Shown here: in pieces, positions 25,162 through 35,734 of the stretch | How the letters are laid out: the number at the start of each line of letters is the position of its first letter | Position numbering within the stretch: the stretch's first letter is position 1 | Assembly: GCA_039545335.1 (NCBI GenBank) | Contig: BCIN01000002.1 | Location: 62,001-126,000, forward strand | DNA: 64,000 nt | Direction: 5' to 3' | From: Kondoa subrosea | Lineage: Eukaryota | The notes under the pieces: generated by a model | What the model was told of the DNA's origin: nothing | Database searches by the model: none | Seen by the model: the letters and a program-made list of their open reading frames with translations, nothing else | Position numbers and translations under genes: made by a program

Positions 25162-25649
25162 AGACAAAACAACGGGGAGCCTGCGGCTGAAGCAATAGAT
25201 TCGCATCTACCTGTCAGGACTCCGAGACTCGTAGACGATGAATGTAGGCGATGGTGCAGTCCGAGAGCAGAGGTTGAAAGAGCAGCGAGATGAATCGAAA
25301 GAACCTACATTGTACTCTGGGTCTTTATGGCTGAAACGGGATTATAGATATACTTGAGCTTCGTTCGATGCTATAGCCTACAGATCAAAGCTGAAATATA
25401 GCGAAGTGAAACTCAAGTTTGGTTGTCGTGCGAATAGAGGGATTTCGAGAGATACTCAAATGTTATCGAATCAGATTGGCTCGGAAGCTTGAATTTGCGA
25501 TCTTTGGCAACGGTATTACAACATTCCATTTGGCAAGCTTCGACAAAACTCATTACATCCCAATCCCAAGCACACGAAAAACATAACAGAACAAAACAAA
25601 TAACTTTCCCATCTTTCCCTTGCACTTCCGTTGCTTCCTTTTGCTGCAT

Positions 25650-27593
25650 TTACCTCCCTTCCCTCGCTATCGCTCTGAGCAGATCACCACTATCTCCTCT
25701 AGGTCGATCGATGAGCAAGATCGAATTCCGGGGTAGCAAACTTGATTCTTCATTCGATATCGAATTTGTTGACAGAGCAGAATGACAAGCTGTCAACCTT
25801 GATCTAGCGTACGCTTGAGAAGTTTTGCGGAATTGATCTAAGCGATGAGTAGTGATTTGAACATTTGATGCCTTTTTTTCGCCCAAATTTTGCATTAGCA
25901 AGATGTACAATACTTAGAAAGGAGAGAGGTAACTCACTTGCAATCGCAAAGCAGACAATGAGATTCCTAACTCCGCTTCGACGTCCACTACTTGACTACT
26001 TTTCGAAGAAGGTTCAGAACCAGGTATGGACGGTTTAGCTAGCTTGAGCTTCGCAGTTTGCTGTAAACTTTGTCCGTAAGCTACTACTTCCGCTACGGAT
26101 GATAGTTTAGTAGGTAAAGGTGAAGAGAAATCGTAAGGTAATTGCTGAGGTGGTTGGGATGATGAAGAAGCGGCTCGAGCTGCTGTATCCCTGAATAGTG
26201 AATATTTCTTGATATACGCTCTTCGTGATTCGTCTTCTTTAGTGACGCTGTCCGTAAGATGAGACTATTGAGCTCAATATTGAGCAAAGCCACACTTCGA
26301 CGAACCTAGCTATCCAATCTTCCAACCCAGTCATCTTTTTCTGTAAAGCTTCATTCTCCGGGTTCGGTAGCAAAACGACTTGAGTCGTTTCTTTCTTCTC
26401 ATTATTACCAGAAGTCGACAACCAATTCACATCTACTTTCTTATTGCAAACATCATCGATGAAATTATTGATGATTTGAGAAGCTTTCCGTTTAGCTCTG
26501 TCTTCTATCGATTCTGTAGTAGAAGTTGTCGATGATGAAGAAGGGAAAAGAGGTGCCACAGGAATTGAGGAAGTCAAATTGTCATTGAATCTTCTAGCGG
26601 ACCAAGAAACCAAAGTCAAGAATCGAATCGGAGGTGGTTCGTTTGCGTCTATATGCCTATAGAGCGTGTTGTCCTTCACTGAAGGATGCGGTGTAGCTGT
26701 TTTATCTTCTTTGGTCAGCGTTGGCCAGTTTGTATAAAATGAACAGGATAAGAACAGAAGACTAACCTTCAAAACCCGAACCTATCGAGCTAGCCCTTCT
26801 TCCTCTTCGACCTACACTTGCTGATCTAGACGTAGAACCGGGTTCTTCAATCTCACCTCTTCGCATAGCAGCATTTCGGTTGATTCGAGGTGTCTCAGAT
26901 TCAGGTATCGGCACAACTTGAGTTGTTTTATCTTGCTCGTGAAGTAATGGATGTAAGCGAGTCGTTCCCCTAGGCGACAAGAAATGGTCCGCTGGAGGTT
27001 CTTCTATCACTACTTCTGCTGATTTCGATTTCGCTCGAGTATTGTTGGCTCGATGAGGAGGAGCTAGATCTTGTTCGGTAGCTTTCCGTTTGCCTTTCCT
27101 GTCTACTGTTGCAGGTTGTGTTGTGGTCATGGAAGTAGAAGCGACAGGTTGAGCTTTGTAAGGTATTCGAGTAAAAGTGAAAGCATCATCATCGTCTGAA
27201 TCCGAGTCAAGCGTTGCTTTCTTCTGTTTCTGCTAGGCTCATCGATCAGTTTACCAAATGTTAGATATGATAAGGTGAACACACCTTGTTCGGCGGGGCT
27301 TTCTTTGGTTCTATCCTAACACGCTTCTTGTTGCCAATGTCCAATTCCTGCTGTTCCCCTTCACTCAGGATATCAGATACGCATCCTGTACCATCTACAG
27401 CATTTCCAGTCCCCAAAGGTTTGCGCTTGAGCTCTTCATAACCGGACAGACTGCTGTTTGAAGAAGACTTGCCATTCGTTGAGGTCGTTTTCAATTTGGT
27501 TTTGACTTGCGATGACACTATTCCAGAGGCACTTGAGTACTCCTTACAAGTTCCAGCTATAGACTCTGAAGCGCACTTTGACTGAGAATGCAT
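25650..27593 (-). CDS. DSN1: Kinetochore Mis12-complex subunit Dsn1/Mis13; start uncertain
   Basis: DDAFTFTR, ETPRINRN..MR, RGRRASSIGSGF, PHP.V....LYRHID...P.P.R...L..W...R, PNPEN and terminal DLLRAIA. Confidence 0.85.
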
Positions 27594-27611
27594 AAATTTC
27601 GTTACAAAATC

Positions 27612-28170
27612 GCGAGCGGGCGGGTTCCAAACAACAAATCAAGGAAGTCAGAGTCGTGATGACAGACAGCAGGGTATAAGACTAAAGGAGTGTATGTAAG
27701 CAGGCAATCAGCAGTTCATGCGCCAAATCAGTCGTCGCATCAAAACAACAAAGGACTCGAGTTTCTGAAAGCGACGATACAGACTCGGTGGCCTCTGAGC
27801 AGGGCATAGTCTGTATGCTCATGTTCAGCCTTCGGCCGCTTTGATGTCCGCTCTGTCTCTTTCAGAGGGATCTGCTTCAAATCCAAAGCTTGTCTGTCCT
27901 TTGCGAATTCAAATCAAGAAGGCTTCAGGCTGTCATTTCTGTCTCGCCTCTTCTTGATCCTTGCAGACATGATATTCGCCTGCATGTCTGTCGAGCTGGC
28001 ATCAAGTGACACGTAGATCAATGAGATCTCTAAATGGCTTTTGCTCGGTATGAGCGTCATTCTATCTACCTATAGAAGGCCTTTCTCCTTTTATGCCTCT
28101 CTGGCAGCTAGTTTACGTGATGCTGTCAAACACTTCACTTCCTTTTAATGCCTTGCCTCTGTTTGTCTGC
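27612..28170. repeat. Left flank A of the duplicated cassette, copy 1; homologous to 30419-30950
   Basis: About 110 bp from 27682 (ctaaaggagtgtatgt...gatacagactcgg) is near-identical to sequence from 30439. Similarity then decays toward 28170. Confidence 0.93.
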
Positions 28171-28495
28171 CGCGACATGGAGTTGGCGCCGTCTGTTGCG
28201 TGACTCTGTTCGTTGCCTCCTAGTCCAGCTAGTCGTCGTTGCTGTTCCAATCCAGACATCCGCCTAACCACTCGGCTTAGGCTTCGCTTCGCTTCGGTAT
28301 TATTACGTCTTCTTGTTCATAAATCCGATCTCTCTCTTTACAACAATCAATGTCAAGCTCTTCCTCTCTTCAAACTCTTCCTTCATACAGAAAGTCGCTC
28401 TTCCCCTATACAGAAAATCGGAATATACTGTATGTCGGTCAAAGATGAATCGATGTTCCCTTGACTGACCTTCTTTTCTTTGTCATCCATAACAG

Positions 28496-29112
28496 ATGCC
28501 TAACGTATGTCTTTAGCCATGCCAACCATCTGATCTGATCAATGATACTACTTGCAGTCCGGCAACCGATCGGACCGCCGGCCAGCCCACACTCCTTTTG
28601 GACGTGGTATCCTGGATGAGCAGGTATATTCTTTTACTTGCAACTCACTTCATCCATTTGCTCATCTACGATACTGTTACAGCTCAAAAAAGCCGATGAA
28701 AAGGAAATTCAGTTGGGATCAGCCAATATTCTTCAAACCTCCTTTGCTTCCGAGCTCGCCAACGAATTGAACGAGCACTATGGATACCACGGAGAACATC
28801 AATTTCGCTATGACAAGGATGCAGCAATTGTGAGTTACACTTTTGTCATTGTTTGGCGACTTGCTGACTCGAAGAAAGAGAACTCTTTCCGAGCACAAAG
28901 GTAGAAAACAGGTTGCAAGCCGGGGTGAGATTCACGCTCGCGTAGATGCTGTCGAGAAGAGAGCAGCAGAGCAGAGTTCCGCTCAAGCCTCACATCCCAC
29001 AAATGTTGTTCATCCTAAAGCTACTCCACAAAACCATTTTGGTCCCGGAGGCTTTATATTTCCTGAATGGAGTCAAGATTCGCACCACTCAAACGATGCT
29101 GCACGCAGATAG
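28496..29112 (+). CDS. Orphan gene X (about 150 aa), possibly helix-turn-helix or Myb/SANT-like
   Basis: Four exons splice in frame to MPN-SGNRSDRRPAHTPFGRGILDEQ-LKKADEKE...SELANELNEHYG...DKDAAI-RTLSEHKGRK...DAARR*. The fold assignment is speculative. Confidence 0.5.
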
Positions 29113-29236
29113 TGGTGGCCCAATCATCAGTACATAGATCAATTATTAGCAGTCTTCTTTCCTCAACCCAAGCTCTTCTTGTAAAGCTCCGAAAAGGTGA
29201 AAGGAAGGCTCAGCCGAATAATGTTTGCGAAGCATT

Positions 29237-30420
29237 TCACGTCGTGCAATCGAGGCAGGGTGCATGTTTTTTGTTTTGAGCAAACGGACGAAGACAGTAT
29301 AGCAGGAGATAAGCCCTATGCATTGACTTGAGTATCAATTCGCTTGCTGTTAAATCTTCTTCTCCTTGCTCCAACATATCCGCTCTTTCAAACCCAACTT
29401 TCCTCAAAACTGTTCTACAACCTTGATTCTTGACAAAATCCAACTGTTCCTCATATTTGACCATAATCATCCCAGCAAAAGCCAAAGAATTCAAACTGAG
29501 TTTATCTTTATCTTCTTTTTCTGTTCCTTCGTGGAAATAGTAATTCGCACTTGATCTGGGTACGAGCATCATCCAATTGACCGTCATGATGAGATTGTAA
29601 GACAGCTTGGACGCGGATGTAGGGGTAGTAGAGGATTCAGGAAGATGTCGTATGTTGTCCATAAGGGAATCGAGCAGACCGAGGTATGAAGTTGTCAAGT
29701 ATTGTTTGGCTTCAGATGTTGAGAGAGAAGGTAAAGAAGACAGAGATGAGATACTGTGACAAGTTGGCAGAAGATGGGCGGGCGAAGAATAGGTTTCGCC
29801 TGTCCAAAGGATAAGCAGATGAAGAATACGACTTTGAAAGACGTACCAGGTTTCAAATTCTTTGGCTTGGAATCTCGTATACACGGCTGAAAAGGCACAG
29901 CACCAGTATTCAAATGGATGAATTGAAGATGCTTGTGGGGCTGGTAGCGGCGAATCAGCTGCAGAGTCATAAGAATACCTAATGACTAACTTGACTTGCC
30001 CCGCTACGAGGCAACATCTTTAGCTGAGCATGCATATACAACGCAGAAAGACATCCAACTCACGAGTAGGGGCCTGAATTGAAAAACATCGCATGGGGAG
30101 CCGGACCATTGTTCTCGAAAGGAACTTCAAACTGCTGCAAGATTCGATACGCCGTATACAGCTCAGAAGGCGTCAACGGTGACTCTTGAGGTATGAAGTC
30201 TTTAGTACAGAGTAAGAAATGAGCTGGAACCACAGCACTTCATGGTGACTTCAGCTCAGACTTGACGAGCTCTGGCGACAAAAAACGGACAATTTATTCA
30301 GTAGTATCCTGAAGCCTTCTTGGTCTTCTTCGTCATCGTATTCGCAAACAATAGAATGCTTTCCAGGGATAGACAGCGCAAATGGATCTTTACAGCGACA
30401 TCAACAATAGACACAGATCC
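29237..30420 (-). pseudogene. 5'-truncated second copy of Ap4A phosphorylase; exon 1 missing and C-terminus frameshifted
   Basis: Collinear with 32560-33665 and retains DPF, LLNK, HFLL.TK.F.PQ.SPL and FFNSGPYSGASQPHKHLQF. Homology stops inside intron 1 at about 30420. A net +1 indel near 29345 bypasses the stop codon. Confidence 0.85.
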
Positions 30421-30950
30421 GAGCGGCAGGGTTCAAGGCTAAAGGAGTGTATGTCAGCAGGCAATCAGCAGTTCATGCGCCAAATCAGTCGTCGCATCAA
30501 AACAACAAAGGACTCGAGTTTCTGAAAGCGACGATACAGACTCGGGGGCCTCTGAGCGGAGCGTAGTCTGTACGCTCATATTCAGCCTTCCGCCGCTTTG
30601 ATATTGGCCTTTATCTCTTTTCAGAGTTATCTGCTTTCAATTCAAAGTTTGTCGCATGCGAATTCAAGGAAGCTTTGAGCTGTCATTTCTGTCTGGTACC
30701 ATCGTATCGTTCAGCCTCTTTTTAATTCTTTCAGGCATGGGCGTCTCAGGCAGCTCTTTTCATATACCGAGTCTTCAGCCGACCCGGCATTTGCACATAG
30801 ATCGAGGAGATCTCTCAGCTGGATTACGTTGGCATGACAGTAATCTCTCTGCGTATAAAAGCTCTTTCGTTCCGCGTCTCTGTATCAGATATTCTGGCGA
30901 TCCTGTCAGACCCTTGACACCCTTCCGGTGTCACGCCTCTGTCAATCTGC
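30419..30950. repeat. Left flank A' of the duplicated cassette, copy 2
   Basis: Homologous to 27612-28170, with about 50 bp deleted near its left end. Confidence 0.93.
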
Positions 30951-31242
30951 AAGGCCCTGGGTAGAGTTCGCAGCCTCCACATCCGTCGCAAATACGCTGG
31001 TATACAACATTTTGCTTTATGACGCGTAGACTGGCAAGTTTAGTTAGGTCAGTACAGGGTTTTAAGAATTCAGCTTCAGCTATTGAAGTTATTTTCATAT
31101 TGTGCACTCAGTGTACGACTCCCTCGGATCCATCGGCTGTACTTGATCATTACTTTAGTATTACTTTGTTGAGAAATCCGGAGCTGACCGGCACACCATG
31201 CTTATTCCATTCTTTTTGAATCACATTGTTCTTGGCTGCCTA

Positions 31243-31260
31243 TCTCTCTCTCTCTCTCTC
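31243..31260. repeat. (TC)n microsatellite upstream of gene Y
   Basis: About nine TC units within a pyrimidine-rich tract. Confidence 0.8.
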
Positions 31261-31336
31261 ACACTCTTTCCCTTTTTTTCTCTCTATTACTCTCTCTGTT
31301 TCGATCGACTTATCAGTCTATCCTCTGGCTCCTAGT

Positions 31337-32496
31337 ATGTTACCCACAGTCGAGCATATAACAATAGAACAATTCAAGACGCTCGCCCACAAAGAGCAGG
31401 CAGAGACATACATCGTCGTCGGTTCGCTTAATAGAAAAGACGAGGCGCCATGCTGTTCCGCTATCAGTAAGTCCAGGCGTTCTCTGAGAGAAAAAAACCT
31501 TAGCTGAAAGAATGGCAGCTGCGACTTTGAAGAAAGTGCTTGACCATATGTCCGCACGGATGAGCCTCAACCGCACCGAATGTTCTGCAGAGAAGCGGCA
31601 AAAAGTACTTGAGAAGACACTTCTTGTGGTTGGTGAGTTCGCCATTGCGCTATGTCGACACGTCAGATTGAATAGTATGTTACAGGTGAGACTGGGCCTG
31701 GGGAAAGACGTCTAGGAGCTCGCTTGAAGCAAATACGAAAGGCATTACAAGGAAATCAAGCCAAAACGAATGGTTGGGATAACGTTCTCATTTGGTGCAT
31801 ATTTTCGGAAGAATGCAATAGAAGTGGGCTGAAGTCCATGTAGGGGCAAATACAAGCTGCCAAATGCACCGACACCCAGGGGTGCAACCACGAGGAAGCG
31901 AAAGCGAAGAGACACCAGAAACACCAAATCGCGAAGAGCCCATTCTTTAAGCGAGGAAGAAGAAGAAGAAGAGGAGGGGGAGGGGGAGGAAGAAGAGGAG
32001 GAAGAAGAGGAACCAGCACAGGAAGAGGAAGAGGAAGAAGCAGCAGCCGCAATTGAAGAACCTGCAGCCACAACACACAATCATGCTCCAACCGCGCATG
32101 CAATGGAGTCAGATGAGGATGGTTAGTCGCTCAGCCTATGTCCTATGCAGACCTTGAGATAGCAGAAACAGAGAAACCGGAAATCATTGCCAAACCAGCA
32201 GATTCGGTAAATTATTTCGATGTTAGCAAACAATTGTCTTACGATGATTTCTTCAGATATTGCGAATCTTCCTAGAGCAAAGGTGCCCTGGTTTATGGTC
32301 CGACGTGTATCGCCAGCTGACAGCAGCAAATATCACTTTGAACAAAATCAAGCACCTTTCCACCAAGGAAAAGTTCAAATCGATTCTCTTGTCTGCTTGT
32401 GGTCCAACTACAGCTCAAGATCGCAGACTAGCAGAGATCGATTTCGAGCTTTTGATGGAAGCGTTTGAAGCAAACGACTTCAGAAACGGTGCTTGA
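31337..32496 (+). CDS. Orphan gene Y: probable nuclear protein with NLS, poly-Glu tract and C-terminal helical (SAM-like?) domain
   Basis: Six exons splice in frame to MLPTVEH...AETYIVVG...QAKTNGWDNVLIWGKY...RKRKRR...poly-E...ILRIFLEQRCPGLWSDVYRQL...EAFEANDFRNGA*. The first intron is unusually short (37 nt). Confidence 0.65.
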
Positions 32497-32574
32497 TTTT
32501 TGTTGTGGGTTGAAGAAGTACTTAGAGGAAGCACAATATCGCAGTGCAGTACTTTGTATGCATTGAATTGAGTA

Positions 32575-33895
32575 TCATTCAGCTTGTGTCGAGTCTTCTT
32601 CTCCTCCTCCTCGTTCCAACATATCCACTCTTTCAAACCCAACTTTCCTCAAAACTGTTCTACAACCTTGATTCTTGACAAAATCCAACTGTTCCTCATA
32701 TTTGACCATAATCATCCCAGCAAAAGCCAAAGAGTTCAAACTAAGTTTATCTTTATCTTCCTTTTCTGTTCTTTCGTGGAAATAGTAATTCGCACTTGAT
32801 CTTGGTACGAGCATCATCCAATTAACCGTCATGATAAGATTGTAAGAGAGTTTGGAAGTGGATGTAGGTGTAGTAGAGGATTCAGGAAGGTGTCGAAGGT
32901 TGTCTATTACGGAATCAAGAAGACCGAGGTATGAAGTTGTCAAGTATTGTTTGGCTTCAGATGGTGAGAGAGAAGGTAAAGAAGACAAAGATGATATACT
33001 GTGACAAGTTGGCAAAAGATGCGCAGGTAAAGAATAGGTTTCGCCTTACCCAGGAATCAGCAGATGAAGGATACGACTTTGGAGAACGTACCAGGTTTCA
33101 AATTCTTTGGCTTGGAATCTCGTATACACGGCTCAAAAGGTACTGCACCCGTATTCAAATGGATGAATTGAAGGTGCTTGTGAGGCTGGTAGCGGAGAAT
33201 CAGCTTCAGAGTCATAAGAATACCTGATGACTGACTTGACTTGCTCCGCTATGATTTAACATCTCCCGCTGAGCATGTAGATACAGCGCAGAAAGACATC
33301 CTACTCACGAGTAGGGTCCTGAGTTGAAGAACATTGCATGAGGAGCTGGACCATTGTTCTCGCAAGGAACTTCAAACTGCTGCAAGATTCGATATGCAGT
33401 ATACAGCTCAGAAGGCGTCAACGGTGACTCTTGAGGTATGAAGTCTTTAGTACACAGTAAGAAATGAGCTGGAACCACAGCGCTTCATAGCGAATTGAGC
33501 CCAGATTTAAAGAGCTCTAGCGGAAGAAAAACGGACAACTTGTTCAGCAGTATCCTGAAGCCTTCTTGGTCTTCTTCGTCATCGTATTCGCAAACAATAG
33601 AATGCTTTCCAGGAATAGGCAGAGCGAATGGATCTTTGCAGCGACATCAACAATAGACACACATCCAAGCCTCATAATGAACCACACCCTTCTTCTCCTT
33701 CTTAGGTTGCTGTTGCCCATCTTTAGGCATAGGTTTGGCTTGCAAGCTCTTTGCATGACGAATCTCAAAATCCACTCCGTCCTCTCGCGAATAGGTGATC
33801 TCGCTCGGTATAAAGGTCACTTCGCCTGCTTCCAGAGCATTCTTGTACGCCGCAGCTAGCTTTGACCGGAAGCCTGGTATCAATTCCGCCGTCAT
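32575..33895 (-). CDS. APA2: Diadenosine tetraphosphate (Ap4A) phosphorylase / ATP adenylyltransferase
   Basis: FEIR...SLQAKP, DPF, LLNKF.VVP.HFLL.TK.F, FFNSGP.SGASQPHKHLQF (HxHxQ motif), SYNLIMT..WMMLVPR and SLNSLAFAGMIMVK. Confidence 0.93.
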
Positions 33896-34051
33896 GTGTA
33901 TGATCTCGCTGTTTCGAGATGAGCAAGGTTGGAGAACAACTGTTCGCAGGTCAGTCGTGCTGCTAAAATTCTGCTGGCTGCTCTTCTTCTCTTTCCTATC
34001 TGGCTGCAGTTCTCTCCGCTGTGTCTCCCTCATTTCCCTGGCCGTGTCGTC

Positions 34052-35690
34052 ATGTTGTTTCGTCGACTCTTGTTCTCTATTTCACGCTCGCCCTTGACTT
34101 CTAATATTACTATCAAATCTACTTCTGCAGCTGTGAATGCAACAAAGAGGAGTCTATCTACCGCGCAAACAGCAAGACAGCAATACAAGCGATTTGGTCA
34201 ACAACAGCAACAAGCTCTCCCTTTTGGTCGTGGATCAGCTAGATATGGGCCTGGAGGAAAAAGGGTACCTCCTGCGTTTTATGTTGTAGCAGCTGGTGGA
34301 GGAGGTGTTTATGTTCGTTCAGGATCCTTTAACAGAGCAAAGGATCTTGTTTGACTTATATCTTTGCGTTCTTTGACTTGTATAGTAGTGAGTCAATATT
34401 TCCTCCTAGCGGCATTAGAGCTCAAACGGTCAGATAACAGTGTATATCATCTAGAGAAGTAAGTCGAACTTCTGATCCTTCATATCTCAAGGTAGCTCAT
34501 CTTCGCCTTACCGTTCGAAGAGTACCAGAAACCGGTCGTTGGCGATTTATTGATGTCTCAGAAGCGACCGAACGGGAAATGGGAGACCAAGCAGCGGCAG
34601 AAGTCTTGGGTCAATACAAAGGTCGGATCTTACCACCAAGAGATCCGCGGGTAGTCCAAGTCAATCGCGTTGTACATCGAATTCTTGAAGCTTCTGGCTT
34701 GGATCCTGACAAACACTCAAGCGGTGGTATTCAGGAATTGGACAAATGGAATAGCAAAGGAAAGATGAAGGGTGTTGATTGGAAAGTGTAAGTGATAACA
34801 CTTTAGCATGGCAGCTCATACTGAAGGTGTTGTAGATATGTAATTGACGATCCTCAAGCAAATGCTTTTGTCTTGCCCAATGGCACAATATGTGTATTTA
34901 GGTCAATCAGTCTATTGCCTTGCAGAACATCTTCACTGAACTTTTATTTCAGTGGTATTCTGCCTATCTGTGCAAACGAGGATGGTCTTGCAGCAGTACT
35001 AGGTCATGGTGCGTTCTGGCGGGAGGCATCTGACCAAAAGACGTGTATTGATGATCCCTCTATGCAGAGGTCGCGCATCAGGTCAGGACCTTTGTGCTGT
35101 ATCTTGTACAAGTCTGAGAATCTACCAGGTTGCTCGACACTCTGGTGAGCGAATGAGGTGAATTGTTGATCGTTTTATGGGCCGAACTCATACTGACATG
35201 ATTCGCAGCGGGCAGAAAGTAACGACTGCTTTGCAATGGGCACTGTTCTCGTTAGGAATAGACATGGGAATCGCTCAAGGGGCTCTACACTACTTCATGA
35301 CCCTGCCCAACTCAAGAACGAACGAAACAGAAGCAGATTCGATAGGTAGCGTGCAGCTTCTGCGTTGCGCTTAATTGACGTTAAACCACCCCACCCGTAG
35401 GTCTTTCATTAGCTGCTTCGGCTTGCTACGATCCGAGAGAAGCCGTACACCTGTGGGAAAGGATGGCGAAAGCTCAAGCGGCACAGGGAGGTGCTCCACC
35501 TTCTTTCCTTTCTACACATCCTTCAGATTCAGCAAGAATAGATAAAATCAAAAAGTGGTTGCCGGAAGTGAGCTGTTTCTTTTTGGCGACTGGCAGAGCT
35601 AATTGTGAGTTTGTGATATAGGTGATGGAGAAACGCGTAGATAGATGTGGTCCAGCCAATGAATTCGAGACAGCTGTCAAGCGAATGTAA
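34052..35690 (+). CDS. OMA1: Mitochondrial metalloendopeptidase Oma1 (peptidase M48)
   Basis: Targeting-peptide-like N-terminus, HLEKVPETGRWRF, NAFVLPNG.I.VFSGILPIC, GLAAVLGHEVAHQ (HExxH), LPNSR.NE.EAD.IG and FLSTHP. Confidence 0.95.
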
Positions 35691-35734
35691 AAACTAATCA
35701 TGTACAATGCTTTCTGAACTCTCCATAATACTTG

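Noticed and set aside
31745..32103. Minus-strand poly-Ser and poly-Pro/Leu ORFs
   Set aside because: These are antisense shadows of the poly-Glu coding tract of gene Y.
28496..32496. Canonical basidiomycete mating-type locus
   Set aside because: No WFxNxR homeodomain, divergent HD1/HD2 pair, STE3 receptor or CAAX pheromone ORF was found.
27612..33665. Duplicated segments interpreted as LTRs or a transposon
   Set aside because: No transposase or reverse transcriptase, terminal inverted repeats or target-site duplication seen. The repeats are host gene and promoter sequence.
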